DNA of 64,000 nt from contig JABBAS010000010.1 of the NCBI GenBank assembly GCA_018607835.1, positions 16,930 to 80,929 on the forward strand. Reading direction: 5' to 3'. Source of the stretch: Methylobacillus sp. GTDB taxonomy: Bacteria; Pseudomonadota; Gammaproteobacteria; Burkholderiales; Burkholderiaceae_C. The notes under the pieces were generated by a model. It had not been told where the DNA came from, made no database searches, and saw only the letters and a program-made list of their open reading frames with translations. A program made the position numbers and the translations under genes. This document shows, piece by piece, positions 52,415 through 62,607 of this stretch (positions within the stretch are counted from its first letter, which is position 1; each line of letters opens with the position of its first letter).

Positions 52415-53548
52415 ATGACTGATACCGCCTCCGGTGCGCCTTTGCACACCACCCCACTCAATGACTTGCACATCGCACGCGGCGCGCGCATGGTGCCATT
52501 TGCGGGCTACAGCATGCCCGTTCAATTCCCACTCGGCGTTCTCGGTGAACATCTGCACACCCGCGCCCAAGCCGGTTTATTCGACGTCTCACACATGGGG
52601 CAATTGCGCTTGGTTGGCCCACAGGCAGCGGCGGCGTTTGAGACACTGATGCCGGTAGACGTCGTTGACTTGCCAGTCGGCAAACAGCGCTACGGTCTCT
52701 TGCTCAATGCGGCAGGCGGCATCCTAGATGACCTGATGTTCGTGAACCGCGGTGATGATATTTTCGTTATTGTGAATGGTGCCTGTAAAGCAAATGACAT
52801 CGCCCACATCACGGCGCAAATAGGTCAGCAATGTGCCGTCATCCCCATGCCAGAACAGGCCCTGCTGGCACTCCAAGGACCGGCGGCGGCGGCTGTCATC
52901 GGCGCCCTAGATGCCCGCGCTTTATCTCTGGTGTTCATGACGGGCGCCGCCCTCACATTAGGCGGTATCGCGTGCTACGTCACACGCAGTGGCTACACGG
53001 GCGAAGATGGCTTTGAAATTTCTGTTGCCGCGCAAGATGCCACGGCATTAGCAACCCTTTTACTCGGCGATGCACGCGTGCAACCCATCGGTTTGGGCGC
53101 GCGCAACTCGCTGCGCCTAGAGGCGGGACTGTGCCTTTATGGCAACGACATTGACACCACAACCACACCCGTTGAAGCCGGATTGAACTGGGCGATACAA
53201 AAAATACGCCGAACCGGCGGTTCTCGGGCGGGCGGCTTTTTGGGCGCCGATACGGTTTTATCGCAACTGGATGACCCCGCAACGCTCACCCGACGTCGCG
53301 TCGGATTAGTCGCCACTGAGCGGATACCCGTGAGAGACCACACCGAACTGCAAAATAGCGCTGGCGAGCGCATCGGCGTTGTCACCAGCGGACTCTTGGC
53401 GCCCAGTGTGAACCAAGCCATTGCCATGGGCTATGTCGCCCCCGCTTATGCCCATGTGGGTGATACCGTGATCGCGATTGTGCGTGGGCGCGCGGTTCCC
53501 ATGACGGTGACAGCCATGCCGTTTACACCCGCACGCTACGTTCGATAA
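52415..53548 (+). CDS. gcvT: Glycine cleavage system aminomethyltransferase T
   Basis: [45 protein letters not shown]. Confidence 0.96.
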   Translation: MTDTASGAPLHTTPLNDLHIARGARMVPFAGYSMPVQFPLGVLGEHLHTRAQAGLFDVSHMGQLRLVGPQAAAAFETLMPVDVVDLPVGKQRYGLLLNAAGGILDDLMFVNRGDDIFVIVNGACKANDIAHITAQIGQQCAVIPMPEQALLALQGPAAAAVIGALDARALSLVFMTGAALTLGGIACYVTRSGYTGEDGFEISVAAQDATALATLLLGDARVQPIGLGARNSLRLEAGLCLYGNDIDTTTTPVEAGLNWAIQKIRRTGGSRAGGFLGADTVLSQLDDPATLTRRRVGLVATERIPVRDHTELQNSAGERIGVVTSGLLAPSVNQAIAMGYVAPAYAHVGDTVIAIVRGRAVPMTVTAMPFTPARYVR

Positions 53549-53588
53549 TTCCCCCCCCACATTTCAAACACTTTCTCAAGGAGCTCAC

Positions 53589-53951
53589 ATGATCAAATAC
53601 ACAGAAGACCACGAATGGATTAGCGTCGACGGCGATATCGCAACCGTTGGCATCACGGTGCACGCACAAGACGCGCTGGGTGATGTGGTGTTCGTCGAGC
53701 TTCCCGAAGTGGGTCGCAGCTTTACGCAGAAGGAAACGGCCGGCGTGGTCGAGTCTGTCAAGGCGGCGGCGGATGTGTACATGCCCATCAGTGGGGAGGT
53801 CACCGAAGTCAACGAGGCACTGCGTGACGACCCCTCACTGGCCAACAGCGATCCGCTGGGAAGCGGCTGGTTCTTCAAGGTCAAGCTCAGTGACGCCAGT
53901 CAAATAGACCCGCTAATGGACGAAACGGCCTACAGCGCCTTCGCGCAGTAA
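53589..53951 (+). CDS. gcvH: Glycine cleavage system H protein
   Basis: [17 protein letters not shown], lipoyl-Lys VESVKAAAD. Confidence 0.96.
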   Translation: MIKYTEDHEWISVDGDIATVGITVHAQDALGDVVFVELPEVGRSFTQKETAGVVESVKAAADVYMPISGEVTEVNEALRDDPSLANSDPLGSGWFFKVKLSDASQIDPLMDETAYSAFAQ

Positions 53952-54016
53952 GCCCTTTCTCGCGGCACAACCAGCGCCCCGCCCCCTCATTCACAACCTC
54001 AAACCACGACCACACT

Positions 54017-56929
54017 ATGGCCTTGCAAGATCTTGAAAATAACGGCGGCTTCGAACAGCGCCACACCGGACCCAACGCAGAACAAGAAGCCCTGATGCTC
54101 AGTAAAGTTGGGGCGGCCTCGCGGGCGGCGTTGCTCGCCGAAATCGTGCCCGAAACCATCGCACGCACAACCCCCATGGACCTGCCACCCGCGGTCGACG
54201 AGGCACAGGCCTTAGCGCAGCTACAAGCCATCGCGAGCAAAAACCAGGTGCTCAAGTCATGGATTGGCCAAGGCTACTACGGTACCCACACGCCAGGGGT
54301 CATCCTGCGCAATATCTTAGAAAACCCTGCTTGGTACACCGCCTACACGCCCTACCAAGCCGAGATTTCGCAGGGCCGCATGGAGGCGTTGGTCAACTTT
54401 CAAACAATGGTTTGTGACTTAACCGGCATGCCCATCTCGAATGCCTCCATGTTGGACGAGGCCACAGCCGCCGCAGAGGCCATGACCTTGGCTAAACGTG
54501 TCGCCAAGGCAAAAGGCCATGTCATGGTGGTGTCTGGGGATTGCCACCCTCAAACCATAGAGGTGGTGCGAACACGCGCCGAGCCGCTGGGCATCGAATT
54601 GGTCGTGACCACCACGCCAGCCGAGTGGGCCCTCGCTATTGCTCGTGACGACTACTTCGCCGTTTTGGCGCAGTACCCCACCACCTATGGCCGTATTGAC
54701 GATCTCGGTGCCGACGTTGCTCAGATCAGTGCCCGCGATGCCGTGTTTATTGTGGCCGCAGACCTATTGGCGCTGACCTTGCTTAAACCACCAGGGGAAG
54801 TGGGCGCCGACATCGTGGTGGGCACAACCCAGCGCTTTGGTATGCCGCTATGCAATGGGGGCCCACACGCCGCTTTCATGGCCTGTCGCGATGCCTTCAA
54901 GCGGTCGTTGCCTGGTCGCTTGGTTGGTGTCAGCGTCGATGTCCACGGCACGCCCGCCTATCGCTTGGCGTTGCAAACCCGTGAGCAACACATACGTCGA
55001 GAGAAGGCCACATCCAATATTTGCACCGCGCAGGTGCTGCCTGCCGTCGTCGCCAGTATGTACGGGGTTTACCACGGCCCGCAAGGACTGACGCGCATCG
55101 CACAGCGTGTCGCAACCTACACGGCGATTTTGGCCAAAGGTTTGACCTCACTGGGCTTACACGCGGTCAACGCCTCCGCTTTCGACACCCTCACCTACAG
55201 CGTGCCCGCACAAGCGGATGCGCTCGTGGGGAAAGCCGTTCAGGCCGGGGGGAATATCCGTCGCGTAGACCAAGACACCGTTTGCATCGCGCTGGACGAA
55301 ACCACCACCCGTGCTGATCTAGAGGCGCTCTGGCGCATCTTTGGTGCGTCGCCTGACAACCTGCCCAGCGTCGAGGCGTTAGCCGACGGTATCGATACGC
55401 TGATACCGACGGCGCTGCGTCGGACCAGCGGCTTTATGGCGCACCCGATCTTCAACAGCCACTTCAGCGAGACCAGCATGTTGCGCTACATACGCGCCCT
55501 TAGCGACAAAGACTTGGCGCTAGACCGCACCATGATCCCGCTGGGGAGTTGCACCATGAAGCTCAATGCAACCAGCGAGATGATTCCCGTCACCTGGCCC
55601 GCATTTGCCAACATTCACCCCTTTGCACCAGCAGAACAACGCGCTGGCTACACGCTGCTCGACCAACAATTGCGCGACTGGCTGTGTGAGGCAACCGGCT
55701 ATGCCGCCATCAGCTTGCAACCGAATGCGGGCAGTCAAGGCGAGTACGCGGGTCTGCTCGCCATCAAGGCTTACCACCAAGCCCAGGGGGACACACAACG
55801 CACGGTCTGCCTGATCCCCGCCAGCGCACACGGCACCAACCCCGCAAGCGCCCAAATGGTGGGCATGCAAGTGGTAGTGGTCGCTTGTGATGCCGCCGGT
55901 AACGTGGATATGGCAGACCTGGCGGCGAAATGCGACGCGCATAGCGCACGCATCGCCGCCATGATGATCACCTACCCCAGCACACACGGCGTATTTGAGA
56001 CGCAAGTCACCGACCTCTGCGCGTTGGTCCACCAACATGGTGGACGCGTGTATGTGGACGGCGCCAATCTGAATGCACTGGTTGGGGTCGCCGCGCCTGG
56101 TCACTTTGGCGGTGACGTGAGCCACCTCAACCTGCACAAGACCTTTTGCATTCCCCATGGCGGGGGTGGGCCAGGTGTGGGACCCGTGTGTGTCGTGGAA
56201 GACCTCGCGCCCTACCTGCCCGGTCACGTCACGGGCGGACTCCCAGTCACCGGTGGCGATGCAGCGGTCGGTGCGGTCAGTGCGGCGCCTTTGGGTAACG
56301 CGGCCGTCTTACCTATTAGCTGGATGTACTGCCGCATGATGGGTGCCGCCGCCTTGAAGCGTGCGACAGAGGTCGCCATCCTCAATGCGAACTACATTAG
56401 CGTGTCACTGCGCGACCACTTTCCAACGCTGTATGCCAGCGCCTCGGGCCGCGTGGCGCACGAATGTATTTTGGATTTACGCCACTTTAAGGAAACCACG
56501 GGCATACAGGCCGAAGACGTGGCGAAACGCCTCATTGACTATGGCTTCCATGCCCCCACCTTGTCGTTCCCAGTGCCCAACACGTTGATGGTCGAGCCCA
56601 CCGAGAGCGAAGGGTTGCGCGAACTGGACCGTTTCATAGACGCGATGAAGGCGATACGCCACGAAATTGCGCAGGTAGAAAATGGCGCTTGGCCCAAAGA
56701 CGACAACCCGCTGGTGAATGCACCCCATACCGCAGCGCATTTGCTCAACGAAGACTGGACGCATCCGTACTCGCGTGCCTGCGCGGCCTACCCCGTGGCC
56801 ACACTCAAGCACAACAAATACTGGGTGCCCATCGGTCGTGTGGACAACGTCTATGGGGACCGCAACTTGTTTTGTAGTTGCGTGCCCCTCAGTGCGTACA
56901 CGAGTGAGGCAGAGGTTCCCGCAGCCTAA
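54017..56929 (+). CDS. gcvP: Glycine dehydrogenase (decarboxylating), P protein
   Basis: [38 protein letters not shown]-Lys [18 protein letters not shown]. Confidence 0.97.
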   Translation: MALQDLENNGGFEQRHTGPNAEQEALMLSKVGAASRAALLAEIVPETIARTTPMDLPPAVDEAQALAQLQAIASKNQVLKSWIGQGYYGTHTPGVILRNILENPAWYTAYTPYQAEISQGRMEALVNFQTMVCDLTGMPISNASMLDEATAAAEAMTLAKRVAKAKGHVMVVSGDCHPQTIEVVRTRAEPLGIELVVTTTPAEWALAIARDDYFAVLAQYPTTYGRIDDLGADVAQISARDAVFIVAADLLALTLLKPPGEVGADIVVGTTQRFGMPLCNGGPHAAFMACRDAFKRSLPGRLVGVSVDVHGTPAYRLALQTREQHIRREKATSNICTAQVLPAVVASMYGVYHGPQGLTRIAQRVATYTAILAKGLTSLGLHAVNASAFDTLTYSVPAQADALVGKAVQAGGNIRRVDQDTVCIALDETTTRADLEALWRIFGASPDNLPSVEALADGIDTLIPTALRRTSGFMAHPIFNSHFSETSMLRYIRALSDKDLALDRTMIPLGSCTMKLNATSEMIPVTWPAFANIHPFAPAEQRAGYTLLDQQLRDWLCEATGYAAISLQPNAGSQGEYAGLLAIKAYHQAQGDTQRTVCLIPASAHGTNPASAQMVGMQVVVVACDAAGNVDMADLAAKCDAHSARIAAMMITYPSTHGVFETQVTDLCALVHQHGGRVYVDGANLNALVGVAAPGHFGGDVSHLNLHKTFCIPHGGGGPGVGPVCVVEDLAPYLPGHVTGGLPVTGGDAAVGAVSAAPLGNAAVLPISWMYCRMMGAAALKRATEVAILNANYISVSLRDHFPTLYASASGRVAHECILDLRHFKETTGIQAEDVAKRLIDYGFHAPTLSFPVPNTLMVEPTESEGLRELDRFIDAMKAIRHEIAQVENGAWPKDDNPLVNAPHTAAHLLNEDWTHPYSRACAAYPVATLKHNKYWVPIGRVDNVYGDRNLFCSCVPLSAYTSEAEVPAA

Positions 56930-56959
56930 TAGGGCCACGAGACCGTGTAAGCTTGCGAC

Positions 56960-58054
56960 ATGTCCGATCACACAACGCCAACGCCTGACCTAGCTACCGC
57001 CACTCGCCAACAATTTGCCAGCGATAACTACGCCGGTATGTGCCCCGAGGCGGCGCACTGGTTTCACACAGCGAATGCGAGCGGGCATGCCCCAGCCTAT
57101 GGCGACGACGACTGGACCAAGCGTGTCTCCGACCGTTTGCGAGAAACCTTTGAGACGGACTGCGACGTCTACTTCGTGTTCAACGGCACCGCAGCCAACT
57201 CCTTGGCATTGGCCAGTTTGTGCCAAAGCTATCACTCGGTTATTTGTACGCCCGTCGCCCACATTGAGACCGATGAATGTGGCGGTCCTGAATTTTTCTC
57301 AAACGGCTCCAAGTTACTGGTCGCCGACGCGGGGGGAGAGGCGGCCGCCCATGGCAAGCTAACCGCACAGGCGGTTGAGACCATGGTCCTCAAGCGCAGT
57401 GACCTGCACTACCCCAAGCCAAAGGTGGTCTCGCTCACCCAAGCGACGGAGCTTGGCACGGTGTACAGCGTGGATGAGGTCAAGGCCGTTACGGCAATGG
57501 CACAAACGCACCAACTAAAGGTCCATATGGACGGTGCGCGGTTTGCCAATGCCGTCGCGTCCTTAGACTGCCACCCCGCAGACATCACCTGGCGCGCGGG
57601 CGTCGATGTGCTGTGTTTCGGTGGTACAAAAAACGGTTTACCTGTCGGCGAGGCGGTGGTGTTCTTTGATCGCGCTTTAAGTGAAGATTTTTCCTACCGC
57701 GTAAAACAAGCGGGTCAGCTGGCGAGCAAAATGCGGTTCATTTCTGCCCCTTGGCTAGGCATGCTTGAGAGCAATCTTTGGCTGCAAAACGCAGGTCATG
57801 CCAACGCAATGGCACAGCGGCTGCGCGCACACTTGGCCAAGATTCCTGGCCTGAGTTTACTGGTGCCAACACAAGCCAACGCCGTGTTCGCGCAATTGCC
57901 GCAAACCGTCATTTCACGGCTTCAGGCGCAGGGGTGGCGCTTCTATGAATTTATTGCAGGCGGCGGCTGTCGCTTCATGTGTGCATGGGATACCACCGAG
58001 GCATCGGTAGATGCTTTTGCCGCCGCCATCGCGTCGGCGATGAAAGACGCCTAA
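56960..58054 (+). CDS. ltaE: Low-specificity L-threonine aldolase
   Basis: FASDNYAG, YGDD, FNGTAAN, HMDGARFANA, PLP-Lys FGGTKNG. Confidence 0.88.
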   Translation: MSDHTTPTPDLATATRQQFASDNYAGMCPEAAHWFHTANASGHAPAYGDDDWTKRVSDRLRETFETDCDVYFVFNGTAANSLALASLCQSYHSVICTPVAHIETDECGGPEFFSNGSKLLVADAGGEAAAHGKLTAQAVETMVLKRSDLHYPKPKVVSLTQATELGTVYSVDEVKAVTAMAQTHQLKVHMDGARFANAVASLDCHPADITWRAGVDVLCFGGTKNGLPVGEAVVFFDRALSEDFSYRVKQAGQLASKMRFISAPWLGMLESNLWLQNAGHANAMAQRLRAHLAKIPGLSLLVPTQANAVFAQLPQTVISRLQAQGWRFYEFIAGGGCRFMCAWDTTEASVDAFAAAIASAMKDA

Positions 58055-58057
58055 GCC

Positions 58058-59986
58058 GTGTCAACGGCCTCCCCCACCATGCGCGTCTTGGCGATTATTC
58101 CGCCGATGACGCAACTCAATACGCCCTACCCGTCCACAGCCTACCTCACAGGATTCCTGCGTGGGCGTGGCGTCGAGACGCAACAAGTTGACTTGGCGCT
58201 GGCATTGGTGTGTCAGTTATTTACGGCAGCGGGTCTGCGCGACATACAGCGAGAGGCCCTGACGCAGCCAGAGGCCGAACGCTCGGCCAGTGTGCATGCA
58301 TTTCTAGACCAGTTCGATGCGCACTGCGGCGTGATCGAGCCAGTCATCCGCTTTTTACAAGGTCAAGATGCCACGCTAGCCCACCGCATCGCCCACCGCG
58401 GACTGCTACCAGAAGGGCCTCGCTTTGCATCGCTTGACGTGTATGTGGACGACGAGGGTGGCGACCCATTGGGCTGGGCATTTGGTGCGTTAGGGGTACA
58501 AGATCGCGCCCGTCATATTGCCGCGTTGTACCTCAACGATCTCGCAGATGTGCTGCGCGACGCCGTTGACGCCCGCTTTGAGTTTGTACGCTACGCTGAG
58601 TCACTCGCAGGCAGTCAGCCTAGCTTTGAACCGCTAGCAAACGCCTTGGCCGCGCCCAACACGCTGATTGATGACTACCTCCACGCCCTCACGTGTGCGG
58701 CCATCGCCGAACACAACCCCAGCCTGGTCTTGCTGTCTACCCCATTCCCCGGGTCGGTCTATGCCGCACTTCGGATTGCGCAGACCATCAAGCAAATCGC
58801 TCCCAACACCCGCATCTGCCTAGGCGGCGGCTACGTCAATACCGAGCTACGGGAACTCAAAGAGCCGCGCCTCTTTGACTACGTTGACTTCATTACGCTG
58901 GACGCGGGCGAGCGCCCGTTACTGAGCCTGATTGAGCACCTCAACGGCAAGCGCAGCGCGCAGCGCTTGGTACGCACCTTCACACGCAATGCGCAAAACG
59001 AGGTGGTGTACACCAACTGGCAGGAGCCGGACATTCCTTTTGAGGAGGTGGGCACGCCCACGTGGGACGGCTTACCGCTGGGAAAGTACCTCAGCCTGCT
59101 GGACATGCTCAACCCCATGAACCGATTGTGGAGTGACGGGCGTTGGAATAAGCTCACCATCGCGCACGGGTGTTACTGGAAAAAATGCAGTTTTTGCGAT
59201 GTCAGCTTGGACTACATCAGTCGCTACGAAACCGCCAGTGCCACTGTGTTGGTCGACCGGATAGAGGCCATCGTTGCGGAGACGGGGCAGACAGGTTTTC
59301 ACTTTGTCGATGAGGCGGCGCCACCGAAAGCACTGAAGGCGCTCGCCGAAGAGTTATTACGGCGCAACGTGCACATCTCGTGGTGGGGCAACATTCGATT
59401 TGAAAAAACATTCACCCCCGAACTCGCCGATCTATTGGCGCAGAGCGGTTGCATTGCTGTCTCCGGCGGCCTAGAGGTTGCCAGCGACCGCCTGCTCAAG
59501 CTCATGAAGAAAGGCGTTAGCGTTGACCAAGTCGCGCGCGTCACACGCGGTTTTACCGATGCGGGTATTTTGGTACACGCCTACCTCATGTACGGCTTTC
59601 CAACACAAACCGTTGAAGACACGGTGGACGCGCTGGAGTACGTGCGCCAATTGTTCGAGAACGGCTGTATTCAAAGTGGCTTCTTCCATCGATTTGCCTG
59701 CACGGTGCACTCCCCAGTTGGGCGAGACCCCAGCGCCTACGGGGTCAAGCTACAGGACCTGCCAACAATCACTTTCGCAAAAAACGATGTGGGTTTCTAC
59801 GATCCAACAGGTACCGATCACGATTTACTTGGCGAAGCCTTGCGCAAAGCGATATACAACTTCATGCACGGTATTGGGACGGAGGCTGATGTACGGAGTT
59901 GGTTTCAGGGCGTAGACCCCGACGGCCGCTACAGCAAGCCGCGTATCAAGCGTGATGCGATTGCCAAGGCACTCGCTACGGGCTAG
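58058..59986 (+). CDS. B12-binding domain radical SAM protein, function unknown
   Basis: CYWKKCSFC (CxxxCxxC), FVDE, GLEVAS, YLMYGFP; N-terminal Rossmann-like cobalamin-binding region (PPMTQLNTPYP; LLSTPFPG; LGGGYVN). Start GTG 58058 or ATG 58079. Confidence 0.88.
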   Translation: MSTASPTMRVLAIIPPMTQLNTPYPSTAYLTGFLRGRGVETQQVDLALALVCQLFTAAGLRDIQREALTQPEAERSASVHAFLDQFDAHCGVIEPVIRFLQGQDATLAHRIAHRGLLPEGPRFASLDVYVDDEGGDPLGWAFGALGVQDRARHIAALYLNDLADVLRDAVDARFEFVRYAESLAGSQPSFEPLANALAAPNTLIDDYLHALTCAAIAEHNPSLVLLSTPFPGSVYAALRIAQTIKQIAPNTRICLGGGYVNTELRELKEPRLFDYVDFITLDAGERPLLSLIEHLNGKRSAQRLVRTFTRNAQNEVVYTNWQEPDIPFEEVGTPTWDGLPLGKYLSLLDMLNPMNRLWSDGRWNKLTIAHGCYWKKCSFCDVSLDYISRYETASATVLVDRIEAIVAETGQTGFHFVDEAAPPKALKALAEELLRRNVHISWWGNIRFEKTFTPELADLLAQSGCIAVSGGLEVASDRLLKLMKKGVSVDQVARVTRGFTDAGILVHAYLMYGFPTQTVEDTVDALEYVRQLFENGCIQSGFFHRFACTVHSPVGRDPSAYGVKLQDLPTITFAKNDVGFYDPTGTDHDLLGEALRKAIYNFMHGIGTEADVRSWFQGVDPDGRYSKPRIKRDAIAKALATG

Positions 59987-60785
59987 TCTCTTCAGGGTGC
60001 CAAACCATGGCATCCATTGCCAAGGCATCCAGGTAAACCGCACGCGTTAACACCTGCATCGCCTCATCGGACGCGACAGACCCAAGCGCAAAAAATAACG
60101 GCAAAAAATGCTCGGTCTGTGGATGTGCCTCGTGGACATGTGGTGCATCAAACTCAAACGCCGTTAGCGCCGACACATCGTGCGCGCTGAGGCGCGCCAA
60201 CACCCAATCCGCGAAAACACGCACGTACGCTGTAGAAACAACTGCGCCCCGCCCCGCCACATGACTCAGGTTGTGGGTCATGCTCCCGCTCCCCAAAAGC
60301 ATGACACCCTGCGCACGCAATGGCGCCAAGGCGCGTCCGAGATCTAATAAGAACGAGGGCGTGGCATCCAACGGCAGTGAGAGTTGAAGCATGGGCACCT
60401 GTGCGTCAGGCCACAGGTGCATCATCGGCACCCATGCGCCGTGGTCAAAGGGCCTGTGCGTATTCACCTCGGCCTGAAAACCGTGCGACGCCAGTAACTC
60501 GTGCACCGAGTGGGCGACAGCGGGAGCGCCGGGAGCGGGGTAATTGAGGTCGTAAAGGGCTGGTGGAAAACCACCAAAATCGTGCCACGTCTCTGGACGC
60601 GCCGCGCCCATGATTTCCAAGCCCTGGGTTTGCCAGTGGGGTGACATCACGAGCACCGCCGACGGTGTGTCACCCCGAGCATCTTGTTGGGCGGCCCAAG
60701 CGCGTAACGCGGCACCTGCCTCTCCCGGCGCTAAGGCGTAGGTGGGCGAACCGTGAGAGATGAACGCGGCGGGTTGGCCCATCAA
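59976..60785 (-). CDS. DODA-type (LigB-family) extradiol dioxygenase, YgiD-like
   Basis: ISHGSP, SPHW, HDFGGFP, DHGAWVP, GSGSMTHNL, HPQTEHFLPL. Confidence 0.87.
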   Translation of the reverse strand: MMGQPAAFISHGSPTYALAPGEAGAALRAWAAQQDARGDTPSAVLVMSPHWQTQGLEIMGAARPETWHDFGGFPPALYDLNYPAPGAPAVAHSVHELLASHGFQAEVNTHRPFDHGAWVPMMHLWPDAQVPMLQLSLPLDATPSFLLDLGRALAPLRAQGVMLLGSGSMTHNLSHVAGRGAVVSTAYVRVFADWVLARLSAHDVSALTAFEFDAPHVHEAHPQTEHFLPLFFALGSVASDEAMQVLTRAVYLDALAMDAMVWHPEETSP

Positions 60786-60799
60786 CTACTTTGGCGCAA

Positions 60800-61891
60800 T
60801 TAACGCCCCGCGATGTCGGGCGTGTCCACACGCACGTCTGCGCACTGTGCACGATGGGCTAAGACCTGCTCCATGACCACCAAGGCCAACATGGCCTCGG
60901 CAATTGGCGTCGCACGAATACCCACGCACGGGTCATGACGACCTTTGGTAATGACCTCGGTCGCCGCACCACTGGCATCAATGGTATCGCGCGGCACGAG
61001 GATAGAGCTGGTCGGCTTGATCGCGATGCGGACCTCCAAGTCTTGACCCGTGCTGATACCGCCCAGAACGCCGCCGGCATTGTTGCCCACAAATCCGTCG
61101 GGACGCAGGCTATCGCCATGTGTACTGCCGCGCTGAGCCACGCTATCGAAGCCCGCGCCTATCTCTACGCCCTTGACGGCGTTGATACCCATCATGGCGT
61201 AAGCGATGTCTGCATCGAGTTTGTCGAAAAGCGGCTGTCCCAAACCCACGGGCATGCCTGTCGCTGTGATGCGCAAAGACGCACCACACGAGTCGCCCGA
61301 TTTACGTAACTCGGATAAGTAGTCTTCCAGAAAAGTGGTGTCTGCGACGGGCGCGAAAAATGGGTTTTGAGAGACGTATGACCAATCTTCAAAACCAATT
61401 TTTTGATCGCCAATTTGCGTCATGCAGCCCTGAAAGGCAACGCCCAATTTAGAGGACAACCATTTTTTGGCCACCGCACCCGCAGCCACCATTGGCGCCG
61501 TTAGTCTGGCAGACGAGCGACCGCCGCCGCGTGGGTCGCGTGAGCCGTATTTATGCCAGTAGGTGTAATCGGCATGACCTGGACGAAACGTCTGCTCGAT
61601 ATCGCCGTAATCTTTGGAACGTTGATCGGTATTGCGTATCAGCAAGGCGATGGGAGTGCCCGTCGTGAGCCCCTGATACACGCCGGATAAGATCTCGACC
61701 TGGTCGGGCTCATTGCGCTGAGTCACAAACTTAGAGGTGCCAGGTCGGCGCCTGTCCAGATCCGGCTGGATATCCGACGCACTCAAGGGCAAGCCGGGTG
61801 GGCAACCATCGATCACGCAACCGATCGCTGGGCCATGGGATTCACCAAAGTTGGTGACCGCAAATAAGTGTCCGAATGTATTTCCGCTCAT
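60800..61891 (-). CDS. aroC: Chorismate synthase
   Basis: [34 protein letters not shown]. Confidence 0.96.
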   Translation of the reverse strand: MSGNTFGHLFAVTNFGESHGPAIGCVIDGCPPGLPLSASDIQPDLDRRRPGTSKFVTQRNEPDQVEILSGVYQGLTTGTPIALLIRNTDQRSKDYGDIEQTFRPGHADYTYWHKYGSRDPRGGGRSSARLTAPMVAAGAVAKKWLSSKLGVAFQGCMTQIGDQKIGFEDWSYVSQNPFFAPVADTTFLEDYLSELRKSGDSCGASLRITATGMPVGLGQPLFDKLDADIAYAMMGINAVKGVEIGAGFDSVAQRGSTHGDSLRPDGFVGNNAGGVLGGISTGQDLEVRIAIKPTSSILVPRDTIDASGAATEVITKGRHDPCVGIRATPIAEAMLALVVMEQVLAHRAQCADVRVDTPDIAGR

Positions 61892-61946
61892 ACCGATATT
61901 ATCGATCAAGCAGTGGCTGTTTCAAAGCCAAGCCCCCCAGAATCAG

Positions 61947-62402
61947 CTAGGCGGCACCCTCTGACGTATCCTCTGGCCAGTCACGGATATAGGCTTTTAG
62001 CATCTTATTTTCAAAGTTTTGGCTGTCCACTACCGCCTTAGCGACGTCATACAGGCTGATGACCCCCATAAGCATCTTCGCATCCATGACCGGCATATAG
62101 CGTGCGTGGCGATCCAACATCATGCGTCTGACCTCGTCGAGGTCGGTTTCGACCGTACACGTCAGCGGTGCATCGTCCATGGCATTGCGCACGATAGACG
62201 AGCCCAATGTGCCGCCGTTGGCCACAATGCGTGCAATCACTTCGCGAAAGGTCAACATGCCCACCAGATCACCGTGTGACATGACCACCAGTGAGCCAAT
62301 GTCCTTGTCGGCCATCAAGTCGACGGCGGACTTCAACTCGTCATCTGGGCCAGCGGTGTAAAGGATAGTCCCCTTGACGCGCAAAATGTCGCTTACTTTC
62401 AT
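61947..62402 (-). CDS. CBS domain-containing protein
   Basis: Tandem CBS domains (IGSLVV...GMLTFRE; RYMPV...GVISLYD); GAGGAG RBS. Confidence 0.88.
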   Translation of the reverse strand: MKVSDILRVKGTILYTAGPDDELKSAVDLMADKDIGSLVVMSHGDLVGMLTFREVIARIVANGGTLGSSIVRNAMDDAPLTCTVETDLDEVRRMMLDRHARYMPVMDAKMLMGVISLYDVAKAVVDSQNFENKMLKAYIRDWPEDTSEGAA

Positions 62403-62607
62403 GATCCATCTCCTCGGTTGTTCTGGGTTTGCGACGGTGCTCAGCGCAATATAGCCCAAGGGTAGTCCACAACGCGGGCACTTTGGCTAGACAGGAACGT
62501 TTAAAGTTTAGGGCATTACCCTGATGTCCAGCGCACTGCCCCGTTAAAGCAATGCGGTTAAGCTTGCGGACGCATGCGTTTTTTCTTTTCCCAAATGGAG
62601 ATTCCTT

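Noticed and set aside
52415-56929. Absence of gcvL (dihydrolipoamide dehydrogenase) from the gcv cluster
   Set aside because: Normal: the L protein is usually shared with the 2-oxoacid dehydrogenases and encoded elsewhere.
62460-62607. SAM/SAH riboswitch upstream of metY
   Set aside because: No recognisable SAM-I, SAM-II or SAH consensus; only short palindromes.
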